From an uncultured bacterium (GTDB lineage: Bacteria; SAR324; NAC60-12): a DNA stretch of 23,379 nucleotides. The stretch lies in assembly GCA_965662235.1 (NCBI GenBank), contig CBFIGY010000041.1:1-23379 (forward strand), written 5' to 3'. The notes under the pieces are model-generated. The model ran no database searches and was not told the origin of the DNA. It saw nothing but the letters and a program-made list of their open reading frames with translations. Both the position numbers and the translations under genes were made by a program. Below are positions 18,969 to 23,379 of this stretch, piece after piece (position 1 is the stretch's first letter; every line of letters begins with the position of its first letter).

Positions 18969-19790
18969 ATGAATTCTAGAAACATCTTTCCGATTCTTTC
19001 CCTGATTCTTCTGATCACCACTCTGGTTTTCGCCTTCCTCGACTTTTCAGGCCAGCCGGATCGGTTGCAAACGCGAACCGGCGCTCCGGCTCCTGCCACC
19101 AGCAACGGTGAAGCCCCCAGTCCTCCGGCTTCCACGACCTCCAGCAACGCCGATGCCGCACGGGTGCAGGAACTGGAAAACGAACAGAAGGAGCTGAAGC
19201 TGCTGCTGGAACGCCTCTCCGCTGAGCTGAAGGTGGCGCAGGACTCCAAGGGCATCCTAGACCAGCTTCTGCTGGGCCGTCAGGTCCTCCGGGATTTTGA
19301 GAAGCGCTTCCTCAGCCACCCCTTCTTTCAGAAGCAAGGGGGCTTTCTGGGGTACTTCCGGAAGCAGACCCAAACCTACCTGTCGCAGCAGGAAATTTCC
19401 ATCCGTGCTCCAGGCGTCAGTGACGAAGAACTGGCGACCTTTCGGAAGGATCTGACAACGTGGACGATTGGACGGAGCGACGCTGAAATTCAAGGGGTGG
19501 CGCGCTACACGGCGTTTTTCTTTGCCGAGTCTCTTTATGCGATTCCCATGAATCTGCTGGCGTCTCGTTTGGTTCCGGAGCTGGAAGCGATCGACTTCAA
19601 CACGCAGGTGCTCGTGCAGAACGTCAAGACGGTCGCCATCCGGGATGCGAACGGCGAGCTGGGCGAGAAAGGGCAGGTGGAGCTGGAACGGTACAACCTG
19701 GCCCAGCAGTTTTTCTTCCGCCGTGGCCCAAAGATCACTGGCCGCGTGGTCCTGTTTCTCAAATCCTACCTTTCCTACAGCGATCTCTGA
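18969..19790 (+). CDS. Hypothetical protein with N-terminal membrane anchor, P/T/S linker and coiled coil
   Basis: ATG at 18969 after AGGGAG; hydrophobic N-terminus, APAPATSN..STTSS linker, heptad ELENEQKELKLLLERL; stop overlaps the next ATG. Confidence 0.8.
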   Translation: MNSRNIFPILSLILLITTLVFAFLDFSGQPDRLQTRTGAPAPATSNGEAPSPPASTTSSNADAARVQELENEQKELKLLLERLSAELKVAQDSKGILDQLLLGRQVLRDFEKRFLSHPFFQKQGGFLGYFRKQTQTYLSQQEISIRAPGVSDEELATFRKDLTTWTIGRSDAEIQGVARYTAFFFAESLYAIPMNLLASRLVPELEAIDFNTQVLVQNVKTVAIRDANGELGEKGQVELERYNLAQQFFFRRGPKITGRVVLFLKSYLSYSDL

Positions 19791-20695
19791 TGACGGTTCG
19801 GTTCGAACGCGAAATCCTTCCTCTGCATGAAACCGCAAGTGGTGCCCGCTACGAGATCGACGTGTGGCGCTACACGCATCCGGATGCAACGCAGGTTCTT
19901 TACCTGCAGGGAGGGGTTCATGGCGTCGAGCTGACCGGGGTGCCGGTGCTGTATGAGTTCATGCAGCAGGTCGAAGCAGAACAGCTGCCGGTGTCGTTCA
20001 TCTGTGTGCCGATGGCGAATCCAATGGGGCTGGACAGCCAGATCATGGGGCAGCAGGTGGGGTACAACAACCTGCACACGAACCAACAGAACTGCTGGAA
20101 CTGGAACCGGGTGGGGAACCTCCGGAACGAAGGCAGCATCGAAGGACGCTGGATCAAGACGCTGCTGGATCTGGCGGAACCGGCGACGACCGTGCTCGAC
20201 TTTCACACGGCCGGGTTGGAAACCGCGCCGCACGTTTATGCGCACGTCAGCCAGGTTCACCATGCCGAGCCCCTTGGCTTTCCACACGTGCTCGCTTGGG
20301 AGACGCCGTCTGACAGCTTCAGCGATTCATGCTTCAAGCGAGGGCAGGTGGCATTGACGTTTGAGCTGTCTGAAAGCCGCGTGGCGCCCGAGGAAGGCGT
20401 GGAGCGAGGGCTTAGGGCCCTGCGGATTTTTTTGGGATTGGAAGAGGCTGCAGCGCCGGGAACCGTGTGGGTGATTAAGGAGCAATTGCTGAAGTGGTAT
20501 GCTCCGGAGTCCGGGGTGCTGCAGTGGAAGGTGCGGGCAGGAGAGACGGTGGTGGAGGGGCAGCCGCTGGCGCGACTGTATCGACGGGAGGGCGTGCAGG
20601 AGCTGCTCAGCCCGATTGAAGGCGTGCTCTTGCTGAAGAACCCGATTCACGCTCCTCACCAGCATCAGGAACTGGCTAAGTTTTTGAAAACGTGA
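19790..20695 (+). CDS. Succinylglutamate desuccinylase/aspartoacylase (M14-like Zn hydrolase) family protein with a C-terminal barrel-sandwich hybrid domain
   Basis: GGVHGVE (HxxE), ANPMG, NWNR, LDFH, TFE; C-terminal APESGVL..V.AGETVVEGQPLA...SPIEG. Confidence 0.88.
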   Translation: MTVRFEREILPLHETASGARYEIDVWRYTHPDATQVLYLQGGVHGVELTGVPVLYEFMQQVEAEQLPVSFICVPMANPMGLDSQIMGQQVGYNNLHTNQQNCWNWNRVGNLRNEGSIEGRWIKTLLDLAEPATTVLDFHTAGLETAPHVYAHVSQVHHAEPLGFPHVLAWETPSDSFSDSCFKRGQVALTFELSESRVAPEEGVERGLRALRIFLGLEEAAAPGTVWVIKEQLLKWYAPESGVLQWKVRAGETVVEGQPLARLYRREGVQELLSPIEGVLLLKNPIHAPHQHQELAKFLKT

Positions 20696-20715
20696 AGCAT
20701 TTGAGCAAGAGTCCG

Positions 20716-20756
20716 GAGGCGGATCAGGGGCCTGCGATCCGTCTCGTTCGTTTTTT
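20716..20756 (+). terminator. Putative intrinsic terminator after the deacylase
   Basis: GAGGCGGATC...GATCCGTCTC stem (one G-U pair), followed by GTTCGTTTTTT. Confidence 0.6.
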
Positions 20757-20757
20757 A

Positions 20758-20786
20758 TTGCTGTTCCCCAGACGAGTGTTTACAAT
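20758..20786 (+). promoter_or_regulatory. sigma70 promoter of the Fe-S module
   Basis: TTGCTG (20758-20763), 17 nt, TACAAT (20781-20786). Confidence 0.6.
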
Positions 20787-20808
20787 TAGGACCAAAACGG
20801 TCCGAATT
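20784..20808. promoter_or_regulatory. 25-bp Rrf2/IscR-like operator overlapping the -10 box and start site
   Basis: AATTAGGACC-AAAAC-GGTCCGAATT, a 10-bp inverted repeat with one mismatch and GAC-N7-GTC core geometry. Confidence 0.6.
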
Positions 20809-20817
20809 AGGTGAGTC

Positions 20818-21114
20818 ATGGCCGAGTGGGAAAACCGATTCCCCGAGAATGTTCCGGGACGTTACTACGTCGACAGTGAGTGCATTGAGTGCGGGCTGTG
20901 CGCAGAGATTGCGCCGTCCAACTTTTCGACGAACGTGGAAATGGGGTACGATTACGTCTCAAAGCAGCCCCGGAACCTCGATGAAGAGCATCGTTGCCTA
21001 GAGGCCTTGGAGTCCTGTCCGGTGGAAGCCATTGGGCAGGATGGCCTGACGGTTCCCACTGAGCCCTTGCCTGCAGCGACCCCAACCCTTACATCCTCTC
21101 ATCCGTATTCTTAA
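20818..21114 (+). CDS. Single-cluster [4Fe-4S]-type ferredoxin
   Basis: CIECGLC...AP..F...CPVEAI motif. Confidence 0.92.
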   Translation: MAEWENRFPENVPGRYYVDSECIECGLCAEIAPSNFSTNVEMGYDYVSKQPRNLDEEHRCLEALESCPVEAIGQDGLTVPTEPLPAATPTLTSSHPYS

Positions 21115-21126
21115 AAGGAGCTTTCC

Positions 21127-21840
21127 ATGAAATTCAAAGTGGTCTCTTCCGACGTCAGCGCCGAATCGGGTTCTGGACCCGCCAATGAGCGCATTGAGCA
21201 GATGGTCTCCCAGCACCCGGTTTTTCTCTTCATGAAGGGAACCCCGGAGGCACCCCAGTGTGGTTTTTCGTATCGTGTCGTGGAGGTGCTGAATGCGTGG
21301 AAGGTGCCGTTTTCATCGTTCAATGTGCTCAGCGATGAGAGCATCCGCAACGGCGTGAAAGAGTTTGCCAACTGGCCGACGATTCCGCAGCTTTATGTCA
21401 ACAAGGAGTTTGTTGGCGGGTGCGACATCATTGAGGAAATGTCTGGTAACGGGGAGCTGGGAGAGCTGTTTCAGGAAGCGTATCCGGACCAAACGTTTGC
21501 CGCGCCTCCGCCTCCGGCACAGGTGCAGAACATTCACCCGGAAGACGCGGCCAAGATGCTCGAAGACGATCCAGAGCTGTTCCTGCTGGACGTGCGTCCC
21601 GAAAATGAGCGTCAGTTGGCCGCCGTCAGTCGCTCAAAGATGATTGACCAAGCGCTGGCTGAAGAAATCATCAACACCTGGGACCCGGAGCGTCCGCTGG
21701 TGTTCATTTGCCACATTGGGCAACGGAGTCTGCAAGCCGCAGAGTTCTTCACGCAGAAGGGCTTCCGGCAGGTCTACAACGTGACAGGAGGAGTGGACGC
21801 TTGGTCTCTGACGGTCGATTCCTCTCTTCCGCGCTACTGA
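21127..21840 (+). CDS. grxD: Monothiol glutaredoxin (Grx4/GrxD) fused to a rhodanese domain
   Basis: FMKGTP..PQCGFS, WPTIPQLY, GGCDI; PPPP linker; rhodanese LLDVR..E, ICHIGQRS, GF.QVYNVTGGVDAWS. Confidence 0.93.
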   Translation: MKFKVVSSDVSAESGSGPANERIEQMVSQHPVFLFMKGTPEAPQCGFSYRVVEVLNAWKVPFSSFNVLSDESIRNGVKEFANWPTIPQLYVNKEFVGGCDIIEEMSGNGELGELFQEAYPDQTFAAPPPPAQVQNIHPEDAAKMLEDDPELFLLDVRPENERQLAAVSRSKMIDQALAEEIINTWDPERPLVFICHIGQRSLQAAEFFTQKGFRQVYNVTGGVDAWSLTVDSSLPRY

Positions 21841-21857
21841 AACGAGAGGAGGACCGC

Positions 21858-22244
21858 ATGAGTGAAGGTGCATTGCCTCAAGTGGAACTGACGCCACGGG
21901 CCGCAACCGTTTTTCGAGAAGCGTGTCAGGCGGAAGGAAAGCCGTTGGAACAGTCGTTTTTACGGATTGGCGCGAAGCCGGGAGGCTGCTCTGGTTGGAA
22001 GTATGAGTTGGAATGGAATGGTCCGGATGACCTAGGGCAGGAAGACGTGGTGGTGACCAGCGAAGGGGTGCAGGTGGCTGTTGATCGTGAATGCCTTCTG
22101 GAAGTGCTGGGACCGGTCCGGATCGACTTCTCTGACAAGAACCTTGTGGAACAGGGCTTTGTCTTTGAGCAACTGATCAACGGACATCAGTGCGGATGCG
22201 GCGAGTCGTTTACGCCGGTCCGGGAACTTCGACAGGCGGTTTGA
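21858..22244 (+). CDS. A-type Fe-S carrier, HesB/IscA family
   Basis: GGCSG...CGCGESF with all three Cys present; ATG at 21858 after GAGGAGG. Confidence 0.93.
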   Translation: MSEGALPQVELTPRAATVFREACQAEGKPLEQSFLRIGAKPGGCSGWKYELEWNGPDDLGQEDVVVTSEGVQVAVDRECLLEVLGPVRIDFSDKNLVEQGFVFEQLINGHQCGCGESFTPVRELRQAV

Positions 22245-22870
22245 TGGGAGTGGCGCTCGATTACTTGGCAGGGGTGTTGTGCTTTGGCCTCTTTCTTTAC
22301 AAGTGGGTGATCATTGCAGCGGTTCTGCTGACCTGGGTCAGTGCCGACCCCTTCAATCCGATGGTGCGGTTCATTGCGCGGGTCACGCGTCCGCTTTGGG
22401 TGTGGTGTGAAACGTGGCTTCCGGTGGGGCTGGCGCACCTAAGCGCCTATGCGTCTTTGCTGGTGGTGGTGTTCGCCCAAGCGCTTCTGCCGGCGACACT
22501 CAAGTCGGTGGGGTTGTTGGCGGAGGGACAGGCCGGCTCCTCGCAGTTCCTGACGCAGATGGGCGGGCATGTGCTGCAAAGCTCCGGAGTGGTGCTTCAG
22601 AGCCTGCTGTTCTTCTTGATGCTGATCATGGTGGTCTGGTTCTTCCTGACCTTGGTCAATCCCGCCCTCAACAATCCGTTTGTGCGGGTGGTGCATGTGC
22701 TGGCTGATCCGATGATCACGCCCATTCAACGGTACCTTCCTCGAGCCCGCGTTGACCTTTCCCCGCTGGTTGCGCTGTTGCTCTTCTTTCTGGCCAACCG
22801 CTTTGTGGTCGCGCCTCTTGCGACCTTCGGAAACGGCCTCTCCTTTCCCATTTCCCTTTGTGTGTACTGA
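22244..22870 (+). CDS. YggT family membrane protein (two YGGT repeats)
   Basis: LLTWVSADPFNPMVRFIARVTRP and NNPFVRVVHVLADPMITPIQRYLP...DLSPLV; TGATG coupling to the IscA-like gene. Confidence 0.92.
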   Translation: MGVALDYLAGVLCFGLFLYKWVIIAAVLLTWVSADPFNPMVRFIARVTRPLWVWCETWLPVGLAHLSAYASLLVVVFAQALLPATLKSVGLLAEGQAGSSQFLTQMGGHVLQSSGVVLQSLLFFLMLIMVVWFFLTLVNPALNNPFVRVVHVLADPMITPIQRYLPRARVDLSPLVALLLFFLANRFVVAPLATFGNGLSFPISLCVY

Positions 22871-22873
22871 AGC

Positions 22874-23017
22874 ATGTTGTTGTTGAGCTTCCACGTGGTT
22901 GCCATTGGCACCCTGGTGGGCATCGTCTGGACGATGGCCTACTCCTCTGGCAAGAAAGACGGTCTTGCTCAAGCTGCCAAGGAGCAAGCGATTCTGGAGG
23001 AAGAAGCGGCGGGTTAA
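22874..23017 (+). CDS. Unannotated 47-aa small membrane protein
   Basis: Hand translation: MLLLSFHVVAIGTLVGIVWTMAYSSGKKDGLAQAAKEQAILEEEAAG*. It starts 3 nt after the yggT stop, has genome-typical codons, one TM and a charged helix. Confidence 0.65.
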   Translation: MLLLSFHVVAIGTLVGIVWTMAYSSGKKDGLAQAAKEQAILEEEAAG

Positions 23018-23379
23018 CTAATTCAAGAGCTTGGACTCTGGCGTAATCGTCTTTAACGAAAGTTCTGGGCGGTGATACTCAGGTACCAATAGCCTCATCG
23101 CTCCAAGGGCCGCATCTAGATCCGACGCATCCAAAGCTGAAAGCAGAGATTCCATTAAAGATTCAAAATAGGACCCTTCTGGAAGAGGCTCTTCAGAGCA
23201 AAAGATCCGAGGATGCTCCGTTGCTTGAGCGTAGGTAGGATCAATCAGTAACTCCTCGTAAAGTTTCTCCCCTGGGCGGAGTCCTGTGTATCGAATGGGA
23301 ATGTCTTCCTCAGGTAGAAGCCCGCTCAGTTCAATCATCTGAACGGCCAAGTCCTTAATTCGGATTGGTTGGCCCATAT
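23018..23379 (-). CDS. C-terminal part of a nucleoside-diphosphate sugar 4,6-dehydratase (CapD/PglF/WbpM family), partial
   Basis: (D)MGQPIRIKDLAVQMIELSG...IRYTGLRPGEKLYEELL...HPRIF...LVPEY; runs off the window; lower GC (about 50%). Confidence 0.93.
   Translation of the reverse strand, partial: MGQPIRIKDLAVQMIELSGLLPEEDIPIRYTGLRPGEKLYEELLIDPTYAQATEHPRIFCSEEPLPEGSYFESLMESLLSALDASDLDAALGAMRLLVPEYHRPELSLKTITPESKLLN

Noticed and set aside
22858..23046. 62-aa ORF from the ORF track
   Set aside because: Overlaps both neighbours and has implausible composition; the 47-aa ORF at 22874-23017 fits better.

Overview
A GC-rich (about 60-65%) bacterial chromosomal segment, dense with genes and mostly on the + strand. 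The protein style suggests a deltaproteobacterial-type organism (possibly SAR324-like); this is a low-confidence inference. Left to right: the 5' end of a leftward gene starting in a (CAGA)n tract with its own promoter; a divergent FolD; a class III omega-aminotransferase (SpuC-like); an SDR; a CDGSH protein plus a small coupled ORF; an RpoD-like sigma factor lacking a recognisable region 1.1; a complete MoxR-DUF58-DUF4381-VWA-VWA/TPR-BatD operon; an orphan TAXI solute-binding protein; RarD; an XRE regulator with a glycine-zipper tail; trxB; a membrane-anchored cold-shock protein; argG; a hypothetical membrane protein coupled to an AstE/AspA-family deacylase; an Fe-S maturation module (ferredoxin, Grx4-rhodanese fusion, IscA/HesB, YggT, unannotated 47-aa membrane peptide) behind an Rrf2/IscR-like operator; and the 3' end of a lower-GC CapD/PglF-like gene. 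I saw no tRNA, rRNA, CRISPR array or mobile element. The most unusual signals are (i) strong, frame-independent over-representation of the palindrome TCCGGA, (ii) the Fe-S module with its fusion protein and operator, (iii) a probable phase-variable tetranucleotide tract, (iv) catalytic-motif substitutions in FolD, and (v) two membrane-tethered nucleic-acid-binding proteins.
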